From Acidobacteriota bacterium (GTDB taxonomy: Bacteria > Acidobacteriota > Thermoanaerobaculia > Multivoradales > JAGPDF01): 64,000 bases of DNA. The translations under genes were made by a program, and so were the position numbers. The stretch covers positions 21,153-85,152 of the forward strand of contig WYBK01000242.1 in NCBI GenBank assembly GCA_011525905.1. The letters are read 5' to 3'. Numbering within the stretch: position 1 is the stretch's first letter; each line of letters starts with the position of its first letter. Shown here one piece after another: positions 28,599 to 37,499 of this stretch. A model generated the notes under the pieces. It was not told where the DNA came from and ran no database searches. It saw nothing but the letters and a program-made list of their open reading frames with translations.

Positions 28599-29153
28599 AT
28601 GAACATCGAGTTCGTCGGCCGACACGTCGAATTGAACGACAGGATCCGCGCTTACGCCGAGGAGCGATTGGCGAAGGCAGGTCGCTTCCTGGTCGAGCCG
28701 GTCGAGGTTCAGGTCACTCTGGACAACGAGAAGCACCGCAAGGTGGCGGAGCTGCACGTCTCCCATCGCCACGGAGCGTTGCACGCTCGCGAGGAGAATC
28801 ACGACCTGTTCGAGGCCGTGCAGATCGCCGCCGAGGCGATCGAGAAGCAGGCGCGTCGGGGACGCAAGCGCAGCGTCGACCGCCGGCGCCGGGCTGGGCG
28901 GCAGGTCGCCGAAGCGCGCGACTGGCCGGTCGACGTGCTCGCCCGCGAGAGCGTCGGCCGGGGCTCGACGCCGCGCGTCGTCCGGTCGTCGAGAATTCAG
29001 ATCCAGACAATGAGCCTCGAGGAGGCCGCGCTGGCGCTCGAGAGCTCGCGCAGCGGCTTCGTGGTCTACCGGGACTCCACCAGCTCGCAGATCCACGTGC
29101 TCTACAAGCGTCAGGACGACGACGACTACGGCCTGATCGCGCCGGAGCTCTGA
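28599..29153 (+). CDS. hpf: Ribosome hibernation promoting factor (long HPF/sigma-54 modulation protein)
   Basis: MNIEF.GRHVEL....AYAEERL N-terminal domain plus a C-terminal dimerisation domain. It is downstream of rpoN. Confidence 0.9.
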   Translation: MNIEFVGRHVELNDRIRAYAEERLAKAGRFLVEPVEVQVTLDNEKHRKVAELHVSHRHGALHAREENHDLFEAVQIAAEAIEKQARRGRKRSVDRRRRAGRQVAEARDWPVDVLARESVGRGSTPRVVRSSRIQIQTMSLEEAALALESSRSGFVVYRDSTSSQIHVLYKRQDDDDYGLIAPEL

Positions 29154-29157
29154 TCCC

Positions 29158-29631
29158 TTGGATCCGGGCGGTGGCGCGAGTCTCGTCGAGGCGACCATGC
29201 CCGAGCTCCTCTTTCCCGCCCTCGCGGCGCGTGATGCCCCGGAGGTCCTGCGCGAGCTGGCGGCCGGCATCGCCGGAGCGCTGCCCGGCCTCTCGGCGGA
29301 GGAGCTGCGCTCGAGCTTCGCGGAGCGCGAAGCGCTCGGCTCGACCGCCCTGGGTGACGGCCTGGCGGTGCCGCACTGCAAGGTCGCGAGGATCGCTCGT
29401 GCCTACCTGGCGGTCGGGCTGAGCGCCGCCGGCGTCGGGTTCGGAGCCGCCGATGGCCGGCCGGTGCACGCCTTCTTCGCGGTCATCTCGCCGTCGCAGG
29501 CGCCTGGAACCCACTTGAAGCTGCTCGCGGCGATCTCCCGCTGGGCGCGGATCCCGGGCCGGCTCGAGGCCCTGCGCGGCGTCGGCGGCCGCGCCGAGCT
29601 GCTCGAGTGCCTGGCGGAGGGAGCGCCGTGA
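29158..29631 (+). CDS. ptsN: PTS EIIA-Ntr (nitrogen regulatory IIA)
   Basis: PTS_EIIA_2 fold with the phospho-His motif GLAVPHCKV. Conserved rpoN-hpf-ptsN position. Confidence 0.85.
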   Translation: MDPGGGASLVEATMPELLFPALAARDAPEVLRELAAGIAGALPGLSAEELRSSFAEREALGSTALGDGLAVPHCKVARIARAYLAVGLSAAGVGFGAADGRPVHAFFAVISPSQAPGTHLKLLAAISRWARIPGRLEALRGVGGRAELLECLAEGAP

Positions 29632-30608
29632 GCGAGGAACCAATGCCCGATACTGCGCTTCAGAGCGTGCGGGTGGGCGAGCTGCTCGGTGACGAGCTCG
29701 GCGATCTGCGGCTCGAGGTGCTCGCCGGCGCCGACCACCTCGACAACGAGATCACCCACCCGCGAGTGCAGAAGCCCGGTCTCGCTTTCGCGGGCTACTA
29801 TGCCTATATCAAGCGCGGCCGGGTCCAGATCGTCGGCGAGAGCGAGCTCGAGTACCTGCGCACGGTTCCGGCGGCGGAGCGCCGGGAGCGATTTCGCGAG
29901 ATCGCCCGTCTGCCGATTCCGGTCGTCGTCGTTACCAAGGGCCTCGAGCCCCTGCCCGATCTGCTGGCCGCTCTGCGGGACCACGACGTCCCCGTGCTCG
30001 CGACTCGGGCGCTCTCCTCGGTGGTCATCAAGCGGATCAGCTACTTTCTCGAAGACCATCTGGTACCGTCCACGCGCGTCCACGGCGTGCTGCTCGACGT
30101 CTACGGTCTCGGGGTGCTGATCATCGGGGCGAGCGGCGTGGGTAAGAGCGAAGCGGCTCTCGACCTGATCACCCGCGGCCACAGCCTGGTCGCCGACGAC
30201 CGCGTCAGCATCAAGCGCTATCCGAGCGGCGAGCTGGTCGGCTACAGCGAGGAGCCGATCCGCCACCACATGGAGCTGCGCGGGTTGGGCATCGTCAACG
30301 TCAAGGACCTGTTCGGGCTGGCGGCGGTGCGCGATCGCAAGTCGATCGACCTCGTGGTCGAGCTCCAGCACTGGGAGGAGGGCCAGGTCTACGACCGGCT
30401 CGGTCTCGACGAGTCCGTCTACACGATCCTCGAGACACCGTGCCCGTACATCCGGATGCCGGTCGCGCTCGGCCGCAACATCGCCAACCTCGTCGAGATT
30501 GCTGCGCGCAACCACGTGCTCAAGCTGCAAGGGACGCACTCGGCCCGGGAGTTCGCGCGCAAGCTCGAGGAGCAGCTCGAGCGGGGACGCAAGCGGAGGG
30601 CGCGATGA
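29628..30608 (+). CDS. hprK: HPr kinase/phosphorylase
   Basis: P-loop GASGVGKSE, LVADD and ELRGLGIVN motifs. GTG at 29628 overlaps the ptsN stop (ATG at 29643 is the alternative). Confidence 0.9.
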   Translation: MSEEPMPDTALQSVRVGELLGDELGDLRLEVLAGADHLDNEITHPRVQKPGLAFAGYYAYIKRGRVQIVGESELEYLRTVPAAERRERFREIARLPIPVVVVTKGLEPLPDLLAALRDHDVPVLATRALSSVVIKRISYFLEDHLVPSTRVHGVLLDVYGLGVLIIGASGVGKSEAALDLITRGHSLVADDRVSIKRYPSGELVGYSEEPIRHHMELRGLGIVNVKDLFGLAAVRDRKSIDLVVELQHWEEGQVYDRLGLDESVYTILETPCPYIRMPVALGRNIANLVEIAARNHVLKLQGTHSAREFARKLEEQLERGRKRRAR

Positions 30609-31522
30609 GCGATGCGCGGACCTCGACGGCGCAGCCTGCCGCCGCCGATCGGCGGCGCGTGCGCCTGGTTCTGGTCACCGGCCTTTCGGGCTCGGGCAAG
30701 AGCACGGTCGCCAAGTGCTTCGAGGACCTCGGCTACTACTGCGTGGACAACCTGCCGCTATCCTTGCTCGAGGCATTGCTCGCCGACCCATTCGCCTGCG
30801 TCGGCGAGAGCGATCGGATCGCGGTCGTCGCCGACGTGCGCGCTCCCGGATTCGCGGCCGCGGCGCCCGCCCTGCTGGCGGGGATCGACCGGACCAAGGT
30901 GGTGCCGACCCTGGTCTTTCTCGAGGCGTCCGACGAAACCCTGGTCCGCCGATTCTCGGAGACTCGCCGTCCGCATCCGCTGGGGGGCGACGGCGCGCTC
31001 CCGGAGGCGGTGGCGCGCGAGCGCGCCCTGCTCGCCGAGCTGCGGGGCGCCGCCGACCTGGTGCTCGACACCAGCGACTGGTCGATCCACGACATTCGCG
31101 GCTCGATCTTCCGCGAGTTCGGTGCCGAGCGGGGCCTCGAGCCCGCGATGGCGGTCTCCCTCCTGAGCTTCGGTTTCAAGTACGGCACGCCGGTCGGTGC
31201 CGACCTGCTGTTCGACGCGCGGTTCTTGCCGAATCCCCACTTCGTGCCGGCGTTGCGCCCCTGCTCGGGTCGGGATGCCACCGTGCTCGAGTTCCTGGAG
31301 CGGCAGCCGGACTTCGCCGAGCTGCTCGAGCGCATCGGCGACTTGCTCGAGTTCCTGCTGCCGCGCTACCGGCGCGAAAAGCGCAGCTACCTGACCATCG
31401 CCATCGGCTGCACCGGTGGGCGTCACCGCTCGGTGGCGCTGGCCGAGCGGCTCGCGGCCCGCCTCGACGCCGCCGGCTGGGGCGCCCGCGTGCGCCATCG
31501 CGATCTGGAGCGCGGCGGATGA
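30605..31522 (+). CDS. rapZ: RNase adapter protein RapZ (YhbJ), P-loop NTPase
   Basis: VTGLSGSGKSTVAKCFEDLGYYCVDNLP and C-terminal GCTGGRHRSV. ATGA overlap with hprK. Confidence 0.9.
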   Translation: MSDARTSTAQPAAADRRRVRLVLVTGLSGSGKSTVAKCFEDLGYYCVDNLPLSLLEALLADPFACVGESDRIAVVADVRAPGFAAAAPALLAGIDRTKVVPTLVFLEASDETLVRRFSETRRPHPLGGDGALPEAVARERALLAELRGAADLVLDTSDWSIHDIRGSIFREFGAERGLEPAMAVSLLSFGFKYGTPVGADLLFDARFLPNPHFVPALRPCSGRDATVLEFLERQPDFAELLERIGDLLEFLLPRYRREKRSYLTIAIGCTGGRHRSVALAERLAARLDAAGWGARVRHRDLERGG

Positions 31523-31953
31523 TCGGCGTCCTGGTCGTGACCCACGGCGGGCTGGCCGACGAGCTGGTGGCGGCGGCGCGGATGATCGCCGGCGGCGCCG
31601 CCGACGACGGCATCCGCGCGCTGTCGCTCGACTGGCGAATCGGTCTCGAGGAGGCGCGCGAGCGGATCGCGAGAGAAGTCCGCGAGACGGATCGCGGCGA
31701 GGGCGTGCTGGTGCTGACGGACATGTTCGGCGATACGCCGTCGCGAGCGGCGCTGGGGCTCTGTCGGGCGGGAACGATCGAGGTGGTCTCCGGGGTCAAT
31801 CTGCCGATGGTCGTGCGCCTCGCCTGCTCGCGCCCCGGCGGCGGCTCGCTCGGCGAGGTCGCCCGATTGGTCGCGGAGAGGGGCCGGTCGAGCATCCGCC
31901 GTTCCGGCGAACGCGAGCCGATCCCCGACGACGGTGCCAAGGTCCGTGGTTGA
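31519..31953 (+). CDS. PTS EIIA, mannose/fructose (EIIA-Man) family
   Basis: MIGVLVVTHGGLADEL....MIAG has the active His near the N-terminus. 144 aa. ATGA overlap with rapZ. Confidence 0.8.
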   Translation: MIGVLVVTHGGLADELVAAARMIAGGAADDGIRALSLDWRIGLEEARERIAREVRETDRGEGVLVLTDMFGDTPSRAALGLCRAGTIEVVSGVNLPMVVRLACSRPGGGSLGEVARLVAERGRSSIRRSGEREPIPDDGAKVRG

Positions 31954-32215
31954 GCGCGACATCGAAGTGGTGAACCGGCTCGGCCTGCACGCGCGCGCCG
32001 CGGCAAAGCTCGTGCACCTGGCGAGCGGCTTCCGCAGCCGCGTGCAGCTGGTCGCCGACGACGAGGAGGTCGACGCCAAGAGCATCCTCGGCATCCTGCT
32101 GCTCGCCGCGGGGCAGGGAAGCCGGCTAACCATTCGCTGTGACGGTGAGGACGAAGCCGAAGCACTGGCCGCCGTCCACGACCTGTTCGCGGACCGCTTC
32201 GGGGAGGGCGAGTAA
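31934..32215 (+). CDS. ptsH: Phosphocarrier protein HPr
   Basis: VVNRLGLHARAAAKLV (His15 region) and SILGILLLAAGQGS (Ser46 region). The start may be GTG 31946. Confidence 0.85.
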   Translation: MPRSVVERDIEVVNRLGLHARAAAKLVHLASGFRSRVQLVADDEEVDAKSILGILLLAAGQGSRLTIRCDGEDEAEALAAVHDLFADRFGEGE

Positions 32216-33981
32216 TGGGCCGCGAGCCGATGCGCTCACTCGCGGGCTACGGCGTTTCGGACGGCGTCGCCATCGGCCGCGCCGTGGTCGTCGCCAAGCG
32301 CGCAGTCGAAGTCTTCCGCATCCCGATCCCGGAGGAGGGGGTGCCCGGAGAACTGGCCCGGTTCCGGCGGGCGCGCGTGGAGGTGCGGGACCAGATCGAA
32401 CGGACGCGCAGCGGCGCCGGACGGCTGTTCGGACAGGAGCTGGCGGCCATCTTCGAGGCGCACTCGCTCATGCTCGAGGACCCGACTTTCATCGCGACGA
32501 TCGAGCGACGGATCGAGCGGGATCGGGTGAACGCAGAGTGGGCGGTTCACGAGACGGCGCTCGACTTGACTCGCCGCTTCGCGACGATCGACGACGAGTA
32601 TCTGCGCGAGCGCGGTCACGACCTCGAGGACGTCGCCCGCCAGCTGCTGCGCGTCTTGCAGGGAATCGCGGTGCACGAGGTCTCCGAAGTGGTCGGCGAC
32701 GTCATCCTGGTCGCCGACGACCTGGTGCCTTCCGAGGCGATCCGACTGGGACGGACCAACGTCGTCGGCTTCGCGATCGAGGCCGGTGGACGGACTTCGC
32801 ACACCTCGATCATCGCCCGCTCGCTCGGCATTCCCGCGGTCACCGCGCTGCCCGAGATCACCGACCTGGTCACCGACGAGGACCCGCTGATCGTCGACGG
32901 CCGCAACGGCACCGTCATCCTGCATCCGACGCCGGAGGTCCTGGCCAAGTACATCGCCGAGCGCTCGGACCTGCAGCTCGAGGAGGCGCGCGCCGAGGTG
33001 GCGGACGGCGGACCGGCGCGCACGGCCGACGGCGTCGAGATCGAGCTGCTCGCCAACATCGACCTGCCCGAGGAGATCCCTCAGATCGCGCGCTTCGGTG
33101 CGCGCGGCATCGGCCTCTACCGCAGCGAGTTCCTCTACATGGAGACCGATCCGAAGCTGCCCTCGGAGGAAGACCACCTCCGGATCTACGGCAGCCTGGT
33201 CGAGGCCGCGCGCCCGCACCCCGCCACCATCCGCACCTACGACTTGGGGGGGCGCAAGCTGGCGCGCGAGATGATGGAGAGCAGGGAGGACAATCCGGTG
33301 CTCGGCCTGCGCGGCATCCGCCTGACGCTCGCCAGGCCGCAGATCTTTCGTTCGCAGTTGCGCGGGCTGCTGCGCGCCGGAGTTGGAGGCGACCTCTGGA
33401 TCATGGCGCCGATGGTGTCGCGCGTCGACGAAGTCCGTGCCCTGCGCGCGGCGCTCGACGCCGCCGGACGCGAGCTCGATGCGGAGGGGCTGCCGCGCGC
33501 GCACGACTACCGCGTGGGCATCATGATCGAAGTTCCGGCGGCCGCGATGATCGCCGATCAACTCGCCCGGGAGTGCGACTTCTTCTCGATCGGCACTAAC
33601 GACCTGATCCAGTACACGCTGGCCGTCGACCGCAACAACCGCGAGGTCGCGGGGCTCTATCAGCCGCTGCATCCCGCGATCCTGCGCATGCTACGCTCGG
33701 TTCTGGCGAGCGCCGAGCACGCCGGAATCCCGGTGAGCCTGTGCGGCGAGATGGCGGCGGACGAGTCGTGCATCCCGGTGCTGGTCGGGCTCGGGCTGCG
33801 GCGGTTCTCGATCCATCCCCGCTCTATCCCGCGCCAGCGCGGCCTGATCCGCGAGCTCGACAGCAGCCGGCTCGAGCAGCTCGCCGGGCGCTGTTGCGAG
33901 CTGGGCACGGCCGAGGAGGTCGCGGCCCTGATGTCCAAGGAGTTGGGAGGAGTCACGGTGCCCGGGCAGGAGAGCGCATGA
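32215..33981 (+). CDS. ptsI: Phosphoenolpyruvate-protein phosphotransferase (Enzyme I)
   Basis: 588 aa with GGRTSHTSIIARSLGIPAV (active His) and a PEP-utilising C-terminal domain (MIEVPAAA, GTNDLIQYTLAVDR). Confidence 0.95.
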   Translation: MGREPMRSLAGYGVSDGVAIGRAVVVAKRAVEVFRIPIPEEGVPGELARFRRARVEVRDQIERTRSGAGRLFGQELAAIFEAHSLMLEDPTFIATIERRIERDRVNAEWAVHETALDLTRRFATIDDEYLRERGHDLEDVARQLLRVLQGIAVHEVSEVVGDVILVADDLVPSEAIRLGRTNVVGFAIEAGGRTSHTSIIARSLGIPAVTALPEITDLVTDEDPLIVDGRNGTVILHPTPEVLAKYIAERSDLQLEEARAEVADGGPARTADGVEIELLANIDLPEEIPQIARFGARGIGLYRSEFLYMETDPKLPSEEDHLRIYGSLVEAARPHPATIRTYDLGGRKLAREMMESREDNPVLGLRGIRLTLARPQIFRSQLRGLLRAGVGGDLWIMAPMVSRVDEVRALRAALDAAGRELDAEGLPRAHDYRVGIMIEVPAAAMIADQLARECDFFSIGTNDLIQYTLAVDRNNREVAGLYQPLHPAILRMLRSVLASAEHAGIPVSLCGEMAADESCIPVLVGLGLRRFSIHPRSIPRQRGLIRELDSSRLEQLAGRCCELGTAEEVAALMSKELGGVTVPGQESA

Positions 33982-34331
33982 AAGTCGCGGTCCGACGCGT
34001 CGACAAGCCCTGGGGATACGAGCTGTTGCTCGCCCAAACCGAACGTTACGTCGGCAAGCTCCTGCACATCGAGCCGGGCCAGGCGCTGTCGCTCCAGTAC
34101 CACCGGCACAAGGACGAGACCTTCTTCGTCGCCCGGGGCGAGATCGAGCTGCAGGTGGAGGAGGCGGGCGAGCTGCGCAGCCTGCCGTTGCGTGAGGGGG
34201 AGTCCTACCACGTCACCCCGGAGACTCGCCACCGGATGATCGCCGGCCCCTCGGGTTGCGATCTGTTCGAAGTCTCGACGCCCGAGCTCGACGACGTGGT
34301 CCGGCTCGAGGACCGCTATGGCCGTGCCTGA
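33978..34331 (+). CDS. Cupin-domain protein
   Basis: 117 aa. The LSLQYHRHKDETFFVARGEIEL beta-barrel motif is cupin/MPI-typeII-like. ATGA overlap with the ptsI stop. Confidence 0.6.
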   Translation: MKVAVRRVDKPWGYELLLAQTERYVGKLLHIEPGQALSLQYHRHKDETFFVARGEIELQVEEAGELRSLPLREGESYHVTPETRHRMIAGPSGCDLFEVSTPELDDVVRLEDRYGRA

Positions 34332-35139
34332 GCGCTCCCCGAGGACGCTGCGCCCGCTGTCGGTGGCCGCGCTCCTGCTGCTGCCGCTGTTGGCGGCGGC
34401 GTGCGCCGGGCCGCCGCCGCCCGAGCCGCTGCCGCCGCAGGCCGCCACCCGGCATCGCCCGGAGCCGACGCCGCCGCCTCCGTCCCCGGTCCCCGCGCCG
34501 CCGCCGCCGGCGACGACGATCGTGATCGAGCCGGCAGAAGCGACCGCCGACGCCGCCGCGGCGCCGTCGCTGGTCGAGGCGGCGCGGCGCGAAAAGGAGC
34601 GCCGAGCCGCCGCCGAGGCGCCGCGCGTCGCGCTCGACGACAAGTCACTCGCCGCGTACGCCGCCGGGCAGAAGCTGACCGTCGCCGAGCCCGCGCCGGT
34701 CGAGGAGCCGCCGGCCGCTGCCGAGGCGCCGGCCGCGCCGGCGCAGGACGAGACCTATTGGCGCGAGCGGGCCCGCGTGCTGCGCGAGCGCTGGCGTCAG
34801 GCGGTCGAGGACGTCGAGCGGCTGGAGTCCGAATCCGCGGAGCTGCGCCGCCAGTTCTACGCGGAAGACGACGCCTACGCGCGCGACCTGCAGATCAAAC
34901 CGGAATGGGACCGCGTGCTCGGCGAGCTCGACCGCGCGCGGCGCGACGCGGCGGCGGCGCCGCGCCAGATCGAGGCCTTCCTCGACGAGGGGCGGCGCGC
35001 GGGCGCTCTCCCGGGCTGGCTGCGCGAGGGCATCGAGCTCGAGCCGGAGGTCGGGGAGCCCGCCGCGCGACCGGCGCCCGGCGCCGCGGAGCCGCGCGAG
35101 CCGACGGTCGTCGAGCGGGACCCCGACGACGCCTCGTGA
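34318..35139 (+). CDS. Pro/Ala-rich putative lipoprotein with C-terminal coiled coil
   Basis: Signal peptide plus lipobox (LLAAAC), a PPPPSPVPAPPPP tract, and an Arg/Glu-rich helical C-terminus. It overlaps the cupin 3' end and is coupled to miaB. Confidence 0.5.
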   Translation: MAVPERSPRTLRPLSVAALLLLPLLAAACAGPPPPEPLPPQAATRHRPEPTPPPPSPVPAPPPPATTIVIEPAEATADAAAAPSLVEAARREKERRAAAEAPRVALDDKSLAAYAAGQKLTVAEPAPVEEPPAAAEAPAAPAQDETYWRERARVLRERWRQAVEDVERLESESAELRRQFYAEDDAYARDLQIKPEWDRVLGELDRARRDAAAAPRQIEAFLDEGRRAGALPGWLREGIELEPEVGEPAARPAPGAAEPREPTVVERDPDDAS

Positions 35140-36542
35140 AGCGGCCGCGCCGTTTCTTCGTCGAGACCTGGGGCTGTCAGATGAACGAGCTCGACAGCCA
35201 GCGCATGTCCGGGCAGCTCATGCAAGAGGGGATCCTGCCGACCCGCGACGTGCGCGAGGCCGACGTCATCTTGCTCAACTCCTGCAGCGTGCGCGAGAAA
35301 GCGGAGCAGAAGGTCTACTCGCGCCTCGGGGAGTACCGGCGGCTCAAGGCCGACCGGCCGGGCCTGCTGCTCGGGCTGTGCGGCTGTGTCGCCCAGCAGG
35401 AAGGGGAGCGGGCGCTGGCGCGGGTTCCCGAGCTCGACTTCGTCCTCGGTCCGGCGCGCGTGGGCGAGCTGGCGGGGTTGCTCGCTCGCCGTCGGGCGGG
35501 GGAGCGGGTCGTCGCGGTCGGCTTTCCTGCGGAGCGGCGCTACGACCTCGATGCGATCTCGCGGGAGGGTGGACCCAAGGGCATGGTGACGGTCATCGAG
35601 GGCTGCGACCGTCGCTGCACCTTCTGCATCGTCCCCTCGACCCGCGGGCCCGAGCGGTGCCGGCCGATGGCCGAGGTCCTCGCCGAGGTCCGACACCTGC
35701 TCGACTACGGCTTCGGCGAGATCGAGCTGCTCGGCCAGACGGTCAACCATTGGCGCGAGCCCGGCGGCCGCGCCGATTTCGCCGACCTGGTCGACGCCGT
35801 GGCCGCGCTCCCGGGTCTCGCCCGTCTCCGCTTCGTGACCTCCTATCCGCGCGACTTCTCGCCACGCATGGTCGACCTCTACCGGCGGCATCCGCTGCTG
35901 TGCGACTACCTGCACCTGCCGGTCCAATCGGGCTCGGATCGAGTGCTGCGGCGCATGGGGCGCGGCTACACGGTAGCGCAGTACCTCGAGCTGATCGGCG
36001 CGCTGCGCGACGCGCGGCCGGGGCTGGCGCTCTCGAGCGACTTCATCGTCGGCTTCCCGGGCGAGAGCGAGGCCGACTTCGAGGCGACGCTCGAGCTGAT
36101 CTCGCGCGTCCGCTTCGCCTCTCTCTTCGCGTTCGCCTACTCGCCGCGTCCCGGCACCGCCGCGTTGCGACTCGATGGTGAGATCGCGCCCGCGCGGGCC
36201 GCCGAGCGACTGGCACGCCTGCTCTCCCTCCAGGACGGCATCCAGGCCGAGCTGAATGCGCAGCTGATCGGCCGCGAGCTCGAGGTGCTGGTCGGCGGCT
36301 GGGGAAAAGAGCCCGGGGCGTTGACCGGGCGCTCGAGCTGCCACCGCATCGTCCATTTCCGGGCCGGGGCGTCGGCGGCGCCGGTGGGTTCGATGGTGCG
36401 GGTGCGGATCGTCGAGGCGCTCGGCCACAGCTTGCGGGGCGAGCGGGTGGACGTCGGCGAGCACGTTCTCGCGGGCGAGTCGCTCGGTGAAGGCAGCGTC
36501 GCCCGCCCCGCGGCGCGTCCCTTGCCGCTCGCTCCGAGCTGA
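35136..36542 (+). CDS. miaB: tRNA-2-methylthio-N6-dimethylallyladenosine synthase
   Basis: FVETWGCQMNELDS, a radical-SAM CxxxCxxC (CDRRCTFC) and a TRAM domain. GTGA overlap with the upstream stop. Confidence 0.9.
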   Translation: MKRPRRFFVETWGCQMNELDSQRMSGQLMQEGILPTRDVREADVILLNSCSVREKAEQKVYSRLGEYRRLKADRPGLLLGLCGCVAQQEGERALARVPELDFVLGPARVGELAGLLARRRAGERVVAVGFPAERRYDLDAISREGGPKGMVTVIEGCDRRCTFCIVPSTRGPERCRPMAEVLAEVRHLLDYGFGEIELLGQTVNHWREPGGRADFADLVDAVAALPGLARLRFVTSYPRDFSPRMVDLYRRHPLLCDYLHLPVQSGSDRVLRRMGRGYTVAQYLELIGALRDARPGLALSSDFIVGFPGESEADFEATLELISRVRFASLFAFAYSPRPGTAALRLDGEIAPARAAERLARLLSLQDGIQAELNAQLIGRELEVLVGGWGKEPGALTGRSSCHRIVHFRAGASAAPVGSMVRVRIVEALGHSLRGERVDVGEHVLAGESLGEGSVARPAARPLPLAPS

Positions 36543-36659
36543 CCCCCTCGGAGGTGCGCCGGACCTCGCCGGCTCGACCGACCCCCGTCGGGGTCCTGCC
36601 TCGTTCTCCCGAGCGCGCTTTCCCTTGACCCGTTCCCGGAGCCTGCTCACAATAGGCGC

Positions 36660-37196
36660 ATGAGCGGCGGACCGGGCGACGGCTGGGTCGAGATGCAGAT
36701 CAAGGGATTGATCCTCGATCCGACCAGCGACGTTCCGGTCGTCATCCTGCGTCAGGAGGGAGGAGCCCTCTTTCTCCCGATCTGGATCGGCGTCTTCGAG
36801 GCGAACGCGATCGCGCTCGGCGTCGAAGGGGTCCAGACGCCCCGCCCGATGACCCACGATCTGCTGCGCTCGGTGCTCGACAGCCTCGCGACGCGCCTCG
36901 AGAGGGTCGAGATCCATGCGCTCATCGAAGGCACCTTCCACGCCCGCCTGCGGCTCCGCGGTCCCGGGGGCGCGGGCGGCGGAGAGCTTCCGGTGGTCGA
37001 AGTCGACGCGCGCCCGAGCGACGCCATCGCCCTGGCGCTGCGCACGGGGGCCTCGATCTGGATCGCGCAAGAGGTGCTCGACGGTGCCGTCTCGACCCGG
37101 CAGGCCTCCGAGCTCTCGTCCGACGAGGACGACGACCGGCTCCGGCAGTGGCTCGAGAACGCCCGTCCGGAAGATCTCGGCAAGTACCGGATGTGA
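36660..37196 (+). CDS. Bifunctional nuclease (DUF151/BFN) family protein
   Basis: VVILRQEGGALFLPIWIGVFEANAIALGVEGVQTPRPMTHDLL matches the BFN core. Acidic C-terminal tail. Confidence 0.7.
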   Translation: MSGGPGDGWVEMQIKGLILDPTSDVPVVILRQEGGALFLPIWIGVFEANAIALGVEGVQTPRPMTHDLLRSVLDSLATRLERVEIHALIEGTFHARLRLRGPGGAGGGELPVVEVDARPSDAIALALRTGASIWIAQEVLDGAVSTRQASELSSDEDDDRLRQWLENARPEDLGKYRM

Positions 37197-37499
37197 CACC
37201 GGAAGCGACGGGCGGGTAGCCGGAGGGAGCAGCAGCCCTCGGGACCCCCGGAAGGCGTTCACTCTGGTGGATTCTGCGACTGCAGAAAGTCCGATAAGAT
37301 AGATTATGTAAACTCCCGATCGACGAAGATCCGGAAAGGCAAGAATCCAGCGGGCCTGGCTCTCGACCAAGCCCCTTTCTCGAAGCCTCTTGACGAGTCG
37401 GTGAGACCTACCGGCGGTTCGAGGCCGCTGCCGGCCGGCAAGGCGACGACCTGGCCGGGGTCGGGCCCGCTCCGATCGGTGTGGGTGCCTTCTGCGGGC

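Noticed and set aside
30499-31953. 484-aa ORF overlapping hprK 3' end, rapZ and EIIA-Man
   Set aside because: It is a frame artefact. Only its last 144 aa (from the ATG at 31519) match the PTS EIIA-Man fold. The rest is the +1 frame of rapZ.
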